Source: Piromyces finnis finn (lineage: Eukaryota; Fungi; Neocallimastigomycota). Taken from it: a stretch of 64,000 nt of DNA. Below the pieces are notes generated by a model, which did no database searches, had not been told where the DNA came from, and saw only the letters and a list, made by a program, of their open reading frames with translations. A program made the position numbers and the translations under genes. The stretch covers positions 372,001 to 436,000 of the forward strand of contig MCFH01000032.1 of the NCBI GenBank assembly GCA_002104945.1. The letters are read 5' to 3'. Shown here piece after piece: positions 1-13,505 of this stretch. Numbering within the stretch: the stretch's first letter is position 1; each line of letters opens with the position of its first letter.

Positions 1-1431
1 AAGGAAAATCTTTTATTTTAAAATATTATTTAAAAAGGAATATATCAAAAATTCTCAAGTAATTATTGATTCTTTACCTTTTCATATTTTCATTAATTCT
101 CTAAAATAAAATAAAATATAAAAAAGCCCTTTTTTTTAATTAGTGAAATACATAAAAATAGATTATACTGATTATTCGAGATAATAAATATTCAAATTTC
201 ATATGTTGAAAAAAAAACTTTATATTATGTAAATTTGTTGCTTGCTTAATTAGCCATATCTACTAAACTTTATTTTCGAAAAATTCCAGATATATATATA
301 TTATATATTTATACTATTTGGATATTTATAGGAACATTTAATTGAATATCCTTTTTTTTATATAAACTATATTTGTATTTCTTTTTTTTCTTTCTAACTG
401 TTTTGATTTGGGTATAAGCCATTGTTTTATGAAAGTTAAAAAGAAATTTTAAAAGTATTAAAAATGTATTTTCAAAATATAAAAGATAACTTTAATGTTT
501 CTTTATTCTCACTTTTTTCAAAAAATTAAGAAAAAAATTGTTATATTATTTAATTTGGGTGTTTTTTTTATTTATTTATTTTTTATTTTTTACATAAATT
601 GTTACCCTTTTTTTCTTTTCTTTTCAAGACATGAATGGAAACAAATAAAGAATAAAAAAAAACAATTAAATGATTTTTTTTATTAAAACTTTAAAAATAA
701 TCGGAAATGCCAATAAAATATATAAAAAAAAAAAAGAAAAAAAACAAAATAATTAGAAAAATAATTAGAAAATCTGTTAATAAAAGTAATCATAATAATA
801 ATAATTTTGGTATTAATAAACTTTCTTTGATAACATTTTATTAGAATGTAAAATAAATGGTTTCTATTATTTTTTGCTTAACCTTATTTCTTTCTATTTC
901 TATTATGTTGTAGTATGACTACCTGTTGTGATATACTATATTTTTTTTAAAAAAATAATTCATCAATACATTACTTTTAAAATTTAGAAATAATTTATAT
1001 ACCATTTGGTTATTTGGTTTACTACATAATGTGTTTTAATTATAAAAGAAAGTATAAAAGATTCGTTATCATTATCGTATATTATAGTAAGAAAAAACTC
1101 TTTTTTTTATTATTATTATCATTATTATAATCATTATTAGTTTTTAAATTTTTAAAAAAAGTTTTAAAGCAATTAAAGTTTGTATTATTCAGAAAAAGAA
1201 GAAAAAGCTTTTTTGTCCTTTTTTTTTTTTAATTATTATTTATATAAAGATATTAAAGAAGAACTAATAATGATTGCACCGTTCAACTATTTTTGCCATT
1301 TTTTTTTTCTTCAATAAAACTAATAATAATAAAAAAGCTTAAAAAAAAAAAAGACAAAAATAAATTTCTTTATTTCTCCATGACGATTATAATAAAATTA
1401 AAGTAAATGGATTCATTTTATTTATAGTATA

Positions 1432-1464
<33 letters not shown>

Positions 1465-1714
1465 GAATAGGAAAATGAAAATGGAAAAGGAGATGATTTT
1501 ATGAATTATAAAAAGTCATCCTAATTCTATAATTACTTTTAAAAAAAAAATAATTGACATCATTTTAACTATAACACCAAAAGTGATCAATAAAATTCGT
1601 TTCGTTTCATTTCATTGATAATTAAAAATAGTTGTTATATATAAAAGCACATTTACTAATAGCAATAGTTAATAATAAAAAATTAATAACAATAATAATA
1701 AATAAATAATAACA

Positions 1715-2011
<297 letters not shown>

Positions 2012-3193
2012 AATGAAGCATTTAAATAACTTTTATTAAACTATTCTAATTTATTAATAAGGATAATGATAATTATTATAATTACAACATTTAAATATTA
2101 ATAAGAATTAATATAGAAAAGTAAAGAAAAAAATGTTTATTAATAATAATGAAAAAGTATAATGATTATAATGCCATATAATATCATCATATAATGAATA
2201 ATGAATACTTTAATTATTTAAATTATACTTTATTTGACTTCTTTAAATTATTATAACATAAATAAATTATTATAATTTTAATCATTTTAAAATCTTATTG
2301 TTATTATTAACTTTTTACCATTTCATTTCCTTTCCCTTCCATTCATTCTAATAAAAAAAAGCATCCTTTTTAACGAATGAATTTACTTTTTTTTTATTAT
2401 TAAACCAAAATCTCTTTTATTATAAATTCTTTTCATAAAATTAATCTTTTTTTTTCTTACCACTACCATCACTACCATTACTACCATCACTACCACTACC
2501 ACTACCACTACCACTACCATCACTATCATTTCCATTTCCATTGCCACTGTCATTGCCATTATTGCATTTTTAATACTTTTTTTTTATTATGTCTTTTTTT
2601 TTTTTTTTGGTCAATGCTTTTATACACACTTTTTTTTCAACTCTTCCCTTCCCACCACCACCACCACCACCACAAAAATTTTTTTTGCTGCTGTTTTTTG
2701 TTGCTGTTAAAATTTTAAAGTTTTTTTAATTTTTTCAATTTATTACTGAATATATTGTAATATATTTAATTATAGAATTGTTAATATATTATTTTATTTA
2801 TAATTCATTTTATATTTAAATTCAATAAATTTTTATTTTGAATTAATATATATGATAATGTAATCTACAATATATTACAATGTATTGTTAATATATTATT
2901 ACTATTGGGGGATGGAAATTTTTTAAAAAGAAAAAAAAACAAAAAATAAACATTAAAAATTTAAATATAAAAATAATTGAGATAATTTTTATCCATATAT
3001 TATCAATATACTCTAATATATGTTAATTTATTTTCCTTTCAATTAAAATAAATAAAAAAAAAAAGAAAAAAGAAATTTTTTTTTTTTTGATTTTTTTAAA
3101 TTTAAAAAAAAAAAGAAATTTTAGATTGAACCATCTAAAAAAAAAAAAAGAAAAAAAAAAGAATAATTAAAAAAAAAAAAGAGGAAACTTACA

Positions 3194-3926
3194 ATGTTAA
3201 ATGAAATTGAAACTGCTATAGATTTTATTGGAAGTTATCTTAAAAATTTTAAACCAGAACAATTAGTAGCATTTAAAGAAAATTTAAATATTTTATTAAA
3301 AGATAAATATTATTCCCATTGGGATGATACCAATCCTTTGAAAGGAAGTGCCTATAGGTAAATTAAGAATACCAAAAAAAAAAAAGTGCAATAATATGTA
3401 GTAGTATTTTTTCAAAAAAAAAAAAAAGTATTTATTCATCATAAATAAATATAAATAAATATAAATAAATATAGATCCATCTCTATTAACGATGGTAGAA
3501 TAGATCATTTAATTTTAATTGCAGCTTATGTAGCTGGTATGGATGTTTCAGAATGTTTTCCAAGTGATTTAATTATATGGGTAAATATCTTTATAAAAAA
3601 AAATGAAATATTTAAAAAATAGAAATTGGCATCAAACGAAACCGTTTTCATTTTTTTAATATATTTTTATTTTTTATTTATTTTTAAAACACTGTTAAAT
3701 ACTTATTATGAAAAAAAAAAAGGTCGATCCTTCAAATGTATGTTATAGACAAGGAAGTGATTACAGTAACATATGTACTTTGTATAAAGGAAATAGCAGG
3801 GTTCAACCAAAAGTTTACAACAAACATCATAATGGCATGAGTATACGACAAAATAGCTCTTCTAAATCTTCTTCACATACCCCAAAAACTAGAAGTAGCT
3901 TATCTTCAGAGATTCTTGTACATTAA
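3194..3926 (+). CDS. BTG/Tob (APRO-domain) antiproliferative family protein, 3 exons (3194-3357, 3475-3580, 3723-3926)
   Basis: Manual GT-AG splicing gives MLNEIETAIDFIGSYL...KYYSHWDDTNPLKGSAYR|SISINDGRIDHLILIAA...FPSDLIIW|VDPSNVCYRQG...ICTLY, then a Ser-rich tail. This matches BTG box A (HW..P.KGS.YR.I.IN) and box B (P.EL.LWVDP..V.YR.G). Confidence 0.88.
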
Positions 3927-6638
3927 TTATTTAAAACTAAAATATTTATTTTTTTTAAAAACTCTACAGAAAAGTTTTGATATATAAACTCTTTAAATAC
4001 AATCAAAAATCAACAACTTATTATTATCAGCCAATTTAGAATTTATTCTTTTTAAACATACAAAAGAAAAAGAAAATTTAAACAAAAAAAAAAAGTAAAA
4101 AAAATAGGGTATAAAAAAATTGTTAATTATACCTCGAAAAAAAAAAAAGAAGTAGGATAATGGTAGATGAAAAAGGAAAAAGAAAATATATTTTTCTTTT
4201 TTCATATTTTTATCCTATAATTTTTAAAACACAACATCTTATACTATTGATTGGAAAAAAAATAAGAATAAAAATGAACCACTTAAGAAAAAGAAAGAGA
4301 AAGAAAAATTATATAATTTAAAATTATATAACAAGGAAATATTAAATAATATTTCAACAAGAATATTAATTCTTTCTTAGGAATTATACCATCATTTTTA
4401 CTATTCTTTATCTTATTACTCGATCCTCTTTATATATATATATATATTTACTTTATAAAAATATTAATTATTTAAAGTAAAAAAAGGGGGAAAAAAGTTT
4501 TTGATATTATCATTAAAAAAAAGTCAATATTTCGAAATTGAAAATGACCTTTTTTTAAAAAAAGAAAATTAATATTTTCTTTGCTTCATTCACTAATAAC
4601 AACAAAAAAAAATAATTCATTCTATTCTCTTTGGATTTTTTTTAAACTTTAGTCCTTGGTTTATTTTTTTTTTTTATAAATTATATATATTAAGTCTTTT
4701 TATTTTTAATGGATTGAATAAAATCTTTAAAAAAAAAATAAAAATATATATATTAAAAAGAAAAAAAAATAAAGGAGGAGTAATAAAGTTGAAAAAAAAA
4801 ATACAGTTAAAAAGTTATTATTAAATATATAAATAATTTTTTTAACTCTTACATATCTATTATTAAAACAACACTAATAATAGTAAAGATATAAAACGTA
4901 TATAACAAAATATTATTAAGAATTTAATCCACCATAATTATTATCATCATTAAAATCTAAATTAAAAAAAAAACATACCAATTAATATTCAAACCATAAA
5001 TGAATATTTCCAATATACCAATTAATCGTTTTCATAAAAGAGGAGAAAAAAAAATAATCTAATATTAGTATGAGAAATATATCATTTTTATTTTTTTTTA
5101 ATATTTTTTTTTTAAATGAATGCATTTAAAAAAAGTTTTTTCTTTTCTTTTTTTAAAAAAAAAGGTATATTTTTTTATATAAAATATAGGCATCCTTTTT
5201 TTTAAAAAAAAAGAAATCTATTTTTTTCAATTTTCTTTTTATTCACTTTAATTTTTTTAATAAATCTTTTTTATATTTCTCATTATACCAATATATTTCT
5301 TTATAATACTAGTTTTTTTTTTCTCTTTTTTTTTTTTTTAAAAAAAAAAATGATGATAATACCATCAATGATATTTTATTATATGTTTTACCAATAATTT
5401 ATTTATAAATAGGAAAATGATAATTTTTTTATTTTTTTTTTATCAGCAATTATAAACAATAATCGATAATAATAAAAAAAAAGTTTTGGAAAAAAAAATA
5501 CAATAAAGATATTCAAATGAAAGAAAAGAAAATTAATAACGTCTTTCACCAATCCACCAAAAGAAAAAAAAAAAAAAGAAAGTGGAAATCCAAATAAATA
5601 AAAAACTATCAACAATTCCATTAATTTTCATATTAACAATTATAAAAAAAAAAGTTTTTTTTTTTTATAAATTTATAATTTAATTTCTTTTTTTTTTTTA
5701 AATATTTTATATATATTTTTAGGTAGATTGTGAAACAAAACAAACAACAAACAAAAAAAAAAAAAAAAAAAAAAAAAACCCTATTTATTTATTATCAATT
5801 TTATTTTATTTTTATTTTTATTTTAATAGAGAAAGATATCAAAACCATTTCATTTCAAAATTAAAAAAAAAAAAATGTGTTATTACACACCAAAAAAAAA
5901 AAAAGTAAATTATTAAAGAAAAATAAAAAAAGAAAAGAAATAATAATTCAATAATTTAATAATTTTTATATCCATTTCCCTACACAACATTTTACAAAAA
6001 AAAAAAAAAAAAAAGAAAGAAAGAAAAGAAAAAGAAAAAAAAAAAAAGCATCATAATTATCTTTTTTTAAAAAAAAAAAAAAAAAAAACATTTAATAATA
6101 GAATATTGAAAAAAAAAATATATATATTTTTTTTTATAATTATTATTCTATTTTTAATAGAATTAAATATAATCCCCACTTTTTTTTTTAAAAAAAAAAA
6201 ATAAAAATAAAAAAAAAAAAAAATCAATAATTAACAAAAAAAAAATAATTTTAATAAAAATTTCTATAAAAAATCCTTTTTATTATTAATATTAATCTGA
6301 AATATATAAGAAAAAAAAAAAAAAGTTTTATTTTTACCTTTCCATTTTATGTGTAGGTGTGTAGGTGTGTATTATGAGAATGTAAATTTTTTTTTTTTTT
6401 TTAAATCGTTATACTTTCATCCTTCAATCTTTGAATCGAAACCAACCAAAACCAACAAGGTATAGATATATATATTGAAAGGTATAAAAGTTCAAATATA
6501 TAAAAAAAAAAAAAAGGCTTGACCTCTTCTTGGGAGGGATGAGATTAAAATTCCGCCTTGTTAAAAGTGTTTAATGTCTATGTTTATTTTCACCAACCTC
6601 ATCATCATTCCTCTACTACTAACTACTACGACACAAAG

Positions 6639-6670
<32 letters not shown>

Positions 6671-6789
6671 CATTGAAAAGCAATAAAATTTATATTATAA
6701 ATTTTTTTTTATTATTATTATTTCATTTTTATATTTCTACAATGGTTTTTTGTTTGTTTTTATTTTTTATAATTTTTTTTTTTTTTTTT

Positions 6790-9700
6790 TTAATTTTCTA
6801 CACTTTTTCCTTTACCTTTACGACGTTGTAGTGAAATTGGACTGGAATTTGATCCATTAAAAAAATTGTTTTGTGTAGACTGAGCACTGGTAGGAGATTT
6901 AAGACTATACGATGAAGATGTATTCATACGACGTTGATACTCAAAATTATCAACACTTTTACTAAATATATTATTTTGATAGGTACGATAACGTCTTGTT
7001 TCAATTCGATCGGAACGTTGATGACCAAAGGAATCGTTAAGAGAACGAGTTCTTCTAAAGTTTTTATATTTTGGAATGGAATTATCCCATTCGGTACGTT
7101 CTCCTCCTTTCATGGTTTCATACAATGGTAAAATATTTTCATTACCACTTGGAGTAATGATTTCTTTCATACCAGATTCTTGGGAATAACAAAAACCAGT
7201 ATTACTAACAATCTTTTCATCATTCATAAATACAATACCTGCATTACTTGCTTTTTGTTTATCGGCGGTGGAATGAAGAATATCTTTTATCTTGAGTTTT
7301 GGGAAACGATTCGTTAATACCTTCATAAGAACTTGGTTCTTCATAATATTATAGATGTACTTTTGTTGTGCTGATTCGGTATCATTACCATAAATAAATG
7401 CATCTTGTTCTTCACCACTAACCCCTCCTGCACTAGTATTTGGAGATGCAAAGGTAGGCGCACGAACATTGGATGGGAAAAGTTTGGATTTCTTGGTGAG
7501 GGTACTATGTTGACTACTATTATCATCGGCTGGTGGATAGGGTGGAATATCGTCAAGGGAAGAAAATTGATCATTAATCATAATTGAAGGTGCTTTCAAA
7601 CGGCTTGCTTCTTCTAAACTATTCATAGAATTATTGTCCATAGTATATGCGGCATTGAGGTTGGTGTTGCTGCTGCTGCTGCCGCCGCCGTTCATCGTAT
7701 TAAATTTGTTTTGAGGAGTGAGAATGCTAACCACTCTTTGGAAGGTTTCCTTTTGTTTTTTCCAGTAGAGTTCACGAGCCTTACGACGTTCTTCACGTCT
7801 CTTTTCCTTCTTCTTCTTCTTTTCACGGTACGCTTCATCATCAAATTCATAGTTGTCCGGAAGATCTGGAATAGGAATACGATATTTATTAACTTCACGA
7901 ATAATATCTACATCGTTTGGAAGATACGTTACTTGAATGTACTTTTTAATGTAACGTGGGGCTAACGCCAACACAAAGTATATCGGAGTGATTAAGTAAA
8001 ACGCTGGTTCACCAAAGAGTCGGGTAATAATACCATAGGTTAAACTGGAAGGTGAAGAGGCATAGTAAAAGACAAATCCTACCCAAACAACAATAGTAAA
8101 TACTAAAGATCCTATCGTAATCGATGTCCAGTTATAGGTGTTGACGGCCATAACAATGTTAATACAAATGATAAGAAGGAAGGCTACACAATTACCCATC
8201 ACTTCTTGTCCCGAGTCATAACCATTTGGACTTGTGCTGGTTTCTCTATAGATAAAGTAGCCAAAGAAATAGGCAATCAACGATTCGTAAATACCATAGG
8301 CAATATGAACCCAAAACTTTTGCATGGTGTAGAGACTTCCACTAATACCTACATTGTAGAGTTGAGGAATGGCAATCGCAATACGATCATTAATATCTTG
8401 ATCAAAGACACCCATGTTCATATTCAATAAAAGAGTAAATATGGTCGTGAAGAAAAGGGTGTAGTTATAGTCGAAAAGAACAGCTGCAGAAAAACCACAA
8501 TTAAATTGGAACCAGAATAATACAAAGAGCCATACTACATTCTTGTAGAAATAGGTTAAAATAATATTGGCGGTACGCATATAGGCCCAACGACCATGAA
8601 CTAATAAAAGACGAGTCAAGAATCTAAATTGACCAATAGCATAATCTGCAGACATAACGGCTTGTGCACCTTCCTTACCACTAATACCAACACCTATATC
8701 GGCTTCTTGAATCATACTAATATCATTAGCACCATCCCCAACAGCTAAACACATTGCTCCGAGACCCTTCTTTACCAAGGATACAACTTTGGCCTTTTGA
8801 AGTGGTGAAACACGACAACAAATAACAGCTTTACAACGACAACTTAATTCTAAAAGTAAGGCTTTTGAACGTTTTTCTAAGGCATGCTTTAAGGATTGAC
8901 CATCAATGACAAGGGAATATGGATTACCCGATATATCTGTACCATCCTCTGCCCAGAATGACGATAAGGCTTTCACCAATTGATTATACGTATCCTCTTC
9001 ATCATCACCTCGAATAACAATAATTTGCATATTATGGTTCAAAAGATTACAAGCAAAACCAATATTAATGGCTGTTTCAAGTTTATCCCCGGTTAAAACC
9101 CATATCTTAATACCTGCTTTGGAAAGAGTTTCAATACACTCAGGAACACCATCTTGAAGCTTATCTTCAATAGCAGTGGCACCAATAAGAATAAAGTCAT
9201 GTTCTACTTCATCATTTAAAAGGGCAATTTGTTGAGCAGCTTCATCAGAATCAGAAAAAGAGGCTTCCTTGTAACGTTTATGCCAGCTCTTAAATTCTTC
9301 TTCATCTAATACACGATAACCTAAACAAAGTGTTCTTAAACCCTCAGAAGCAAAGCCTTGTAAATGACCCAGGGTAATTTCCTTAATTTGATCCTGGCCT
9401 TCGGCTAATCTTTCGAAAATAACACTATCAGCACCCTTACAGAAAACAATAATTTGGTTATCTGGAGCTCTGAAAATAACAGACATACGCTTACGATCAC
9501 TATCAAATTCAATGACTTGAAGAGCTTCATAGACTTGTTCCTCACCCAGTACATCTAACACTAATTTAGATTGGTTTCTACCAATAAGAGTAAAACCTAG
9601 ATTACGAGCACCTTCCACTAAAGCACCTTCATCTGGAGATTGAGCACGATAGGAAAGGGATTTGGACTCGTTATGATTTGACATAATGGATTCATCTTGT

Positions 9701-12275
9701 TCTTCTTCAATATTCTGAAGTGGATCTTCCTCCGCTCCATCCTTCTTTTTAAATTCAGTTAATACCGTATTACAGGTGGCTAAAAGAATAAAGAATTCTT
9801 TAATGAAAGAGGCTTGATCACCATCTTCCAAAATATCTTTGTAGAGTTTAACATCGGCAAAGGTTGGATTCTCCGTGATATACATTGGATTAAATACTTT
9901 TTTCATGACCTTGTGCATTTCAACCATTTCATCTTCAAACGCCCTCTCTATTTCTTCCATACTAGTATTTATATTATTTGCTTTATTCTGTCCCATCTGA
10001 GCTTCGGTGACGTAGGCATCACCATAGAGAACTCCATTAATGGTACATTTACGGAAATTCATAACATTACGAGTGAGGGTACCGGTCTTATCCGAAAAGA
10101 TATATTCAATTTGACCTAAATCATCTGATAAATTCCATGATCTGGCCAAGGTTGGTTTATCCAATTCTTCATCAAAAATTTCTTCATCAGAATAAATAAA
10201 GTAGGCTTGAAGCGTTTTTGAAATTTCAACACTAACATACAAGGCAATTGGAATAATATTTTGGTATAAAATTAAAGAATTAATAAATGTTTTAATGGAA
10301 GCAACGAAAGGAAGTTCGGTCTTGGTTTGTTCATCACCTGTCCAGAATGGTGCTTTTTCTTTGAAGAATGAATAAACATACAAGTAATGGGTGACAGCAC
10401 AAACAATACACATGATAGCTAAAATTAAGAAATTAAGTAAAACTTGTGGATTTAATTGTTTATCGATACGACTACGTTTTGATGGAGAATCACCTGTATT
10501 TAAAATAGATTTGGTATGGAAACCGGTATAAACAACTAAACCGATGACCCATTCGGTATTTTTAAGGATACAGTCTCTTAATAACATTGAATTAATAGTA
10601 CAAAGTGTTTGTGTCTCTTCTTCCGTTTCTTTATCCATCATATGTAATACCCCTTTAAAGGTATATAAATTATTATTTGGTGGATCGGCATCCAAGTAAC
10701 ATTCAATGGAAGATAAATCTGTTGTCTTCTTAATACCATTAAATTCACGAATACCTTGACGTACCTTTAAATTTGTTTCACCATCCAAATTTTTAGTTTC
10801 GATATAGCAAAGATTATCTGGTTCACTTGTGGAAACAACCAATATATCGGCAGGAATTAAATCATTTTCTCTTAACAGTACAAAATCTCCTACATGTAAA
10901 TCTTGCCAAGTTGTACTTATCCATTTTGGTATTTCACTCTTTATACTACGTCTTGTACTATTCAATGAGGTGGTACTTTTATTAAATGAACTTGATCTAC
11001 TTTTTAAATGATCTGTTGATGAAAATTCTTCATTTAATTCCATTAATGGAATTTCTGAATTAGTATTATCTTCAATGTTATCATCATCTGTTCTATACGG
11101 TCTAAATGATATTTTTGCAATAAATTTATCATAAAGTAAAGCAAATTTAGATTTATTTATTTTTATGAAATTTTGATTTGTCCATCCACCAAGTTTAATG
11201 GTTTTCATCCAATTTCGTTTATGATCGGCTTCATGACGTTTATAATCTTCAAAACCAGCCTATTTAAGAGTTTACCATTAAAAATATATTGAACAAGTCA
11301 GTCATCCTATATTAATTACAAAATTGATATTGCACAAAAATTGATAACTTACTCTTAATGCCGTCACACCAACAATAAAAAGCATTGGAGCTGCTGTAGT
11401 TACAGGACTTGAACCATACTATAGATTATAATTAGGAATAGATATGAAAGACTAGTGTTAATTATACGTATTTAATTTTATTTTATAATAACCATTTTTA
11501 TAATTTTTGATTTTCTAATTTTTCAATATTGTTTTAATGCTATTTCTTTAATGTTTTTTAATGTTTTTTTTTTTTTCTTCTTCATAATAATTCTTTTTTA
11601 TAATATTTTTCATTTGATTTTTTTTTCTTCCTGACAATTCTTTTGTAATATTTTTCATTTGATTTTTTTTTAATATTTTTTATTTATATAAAATAGACGT
11701 ATGTATATATATGCAAATGATAATTATAAATATAAAAAAAAAAAAAAAACTTACTTGAAATTGTGGTAAAAGTTGTAGTATAACTAAAATTAAGAAATAG
11801 AAATTTGCAACTGAACGAAATTGTTCTATTAAATTTTTAGGAATGAAATTATACCTTTTAATTTTTCAATAGAAAATGAATCAATTAGTAAATGATATAA
11901 TTTCTTTATACAAAACAATATAATTTTATATTTTATCGATTTTAATGTATTTTATTAATGCTTAATAAATATAAAAGCATTTTAATGATATAAAAAAAGC
12001 ATTTTCAAAAATTCTAAATTCAATCATCATCTTTATTAGCATCATTCTAAATATTTTAAATTTAATAGTTACCATGTATAATGAGATGTAAAAATTCTAT
12101 TATTTGGAAATTGTACTCTTGGAAGACCATTACTCTTTATAAATGGTGTATCCATTGGTATATTTACAAAAATTCTTCTTTTACCTTCACTGCCATCATA
12201 TGATGCAAAAAATTCAGAATTTTCTGTACGAGACCGCATAGAAAATTCTGTTGTTGTTCTTTTAAATAGTGGCAT
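6790..12275 (-). CDS. P4-type phospholipid-translocating ATPase (flippase), Dnf1/Dnf2-like; exons 12275-12073, 11854-11755, ~11418-11353, 11259-6790
   Basis: The 1472-aa ORF has DKTGTLT, DGETNLK, QSPDEGALV, KGADSVI, VLTGDKLETA and GDGANDISM. Upstream exons joined at GT-AG sites give ...FTSHYTW|YNFIPKNLIEQFRSVANFYFL...|...|AGFEDYKRH, the typical P4 N-terminus. Confidence 0.96.
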
Positions 12276-13297
12276 TTTTTTTTCTTTTGTTTGTTTATTT
12301 ATTGATATATTAATTTCTTATTCAAGATTTTGTGTATAACGATTTACTTTTATTACTTTTCAAAAGTAATAAATTTAAGAAAAGTATTAACTGTTGGATT
12401 TTTTTTTTTTTAATAATTTTTTGATAAAATTAAATTTATATTATCTTTTTTTTTTTTTTTAATATCTAACTTTTCTTATTTTTATAATTAAAAGAAAATA
12501 GAAAAAAAAAAGGAAAATACGAAGACTGATTTCTATTGATAATAGATATTAGAGAAAAGAACGATTTCTATAGTAAAATATATATAATAATAATAATAAT
12601 AGTAAACTGGTATAATAGTTCTTTCTTTTTATATAAATATCTTTAATCTTTAAAATATCTTTCCCCTTTAAAAATTCTTTGATAAAAACTATATATTAAC
12701 GATATTTACGATAATTTATTTATCATATAAAATAAAATATATAATGGATTAATTACTAATACTGATTCTTAATTTATTATTTTAATAAAGCATTAATAGT
12801 TGTGTTATTGGTTCTATATTAAGTAAGTAATCAAAAAAAAAAAAAAAAAACTGGTATTTATATGGCTGTGTTAGTAGGTTCTTATGATGTAAATGACTTC
12901 AAAATTGTGTATTACTACAAAATGATAAAAAATGTAGTTGATATAGTGGATTAAATTATATTACAAAATGATAATAATTTTGTTTTTAAATATTTCGTTT
13001 ACTTTCTATATTTTTTAAAATATCTATTTTTCTTTTAATGATAAGTATTATTATTTATATATTGTTTAGTTTAATTTTTATTTTAAACTTTTTTTGATTC
13101 TAATAATTTCACACAATTATTTTTCCTTTTTTTTTTTTAATTTCTTCTTAAATATTTTTATTATTTTCTTTAGCGTTTATATTTTTATTTTTCTTTATTT
13201 CTATAGTTTTTGTATAAATATGATTATTGTTTCTCGTTATCCTAAAAAGAGTAAAAAGAATAATATATATATCAAAAAATAAATAATTAGTTATTTA

Positions 13298-13505
13298 TTT
13301 TTTCAAAAATATATAATAATTAAATGAAATGTTTATTTGTTTTTTCAAAAATATACTAATTAAATGAAATGTTTGTTTGTTTTTCAAAAATATACTAATT
13401 AAATGAAATGTTTGTTTGTTTTTCCAAAATATATATTAATTGAATGAATGTTTGTTTGGTTTTCCAAAATATAGATTAATTGAATGAATGCTTGTTTGTT
13501 TTTCC
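13298..13505. repeat. Minisatellite, ~5 diverging copies of a ~40-bp unit (TTTTCAAAAATATACTAATTAAATGAAATGTTTGTTTGTT)
   Basis: Directly visible tandem copies, changing stepwise left to right; ~1 kb upstream of the flippase ATG. Confidence 0.85.

Noticed and set aside
6515-6570. GC-richer patch in the flippase 3' region as a snoRNA
   Set aside because: No convincing C/D or H/ACA boxes or terminal stem.
6934-11011. Short plus- and minus-strand ORFs inside the P4-ATPase
   Set aside because: Antisense or alternate-frame shadows of a real long exon.
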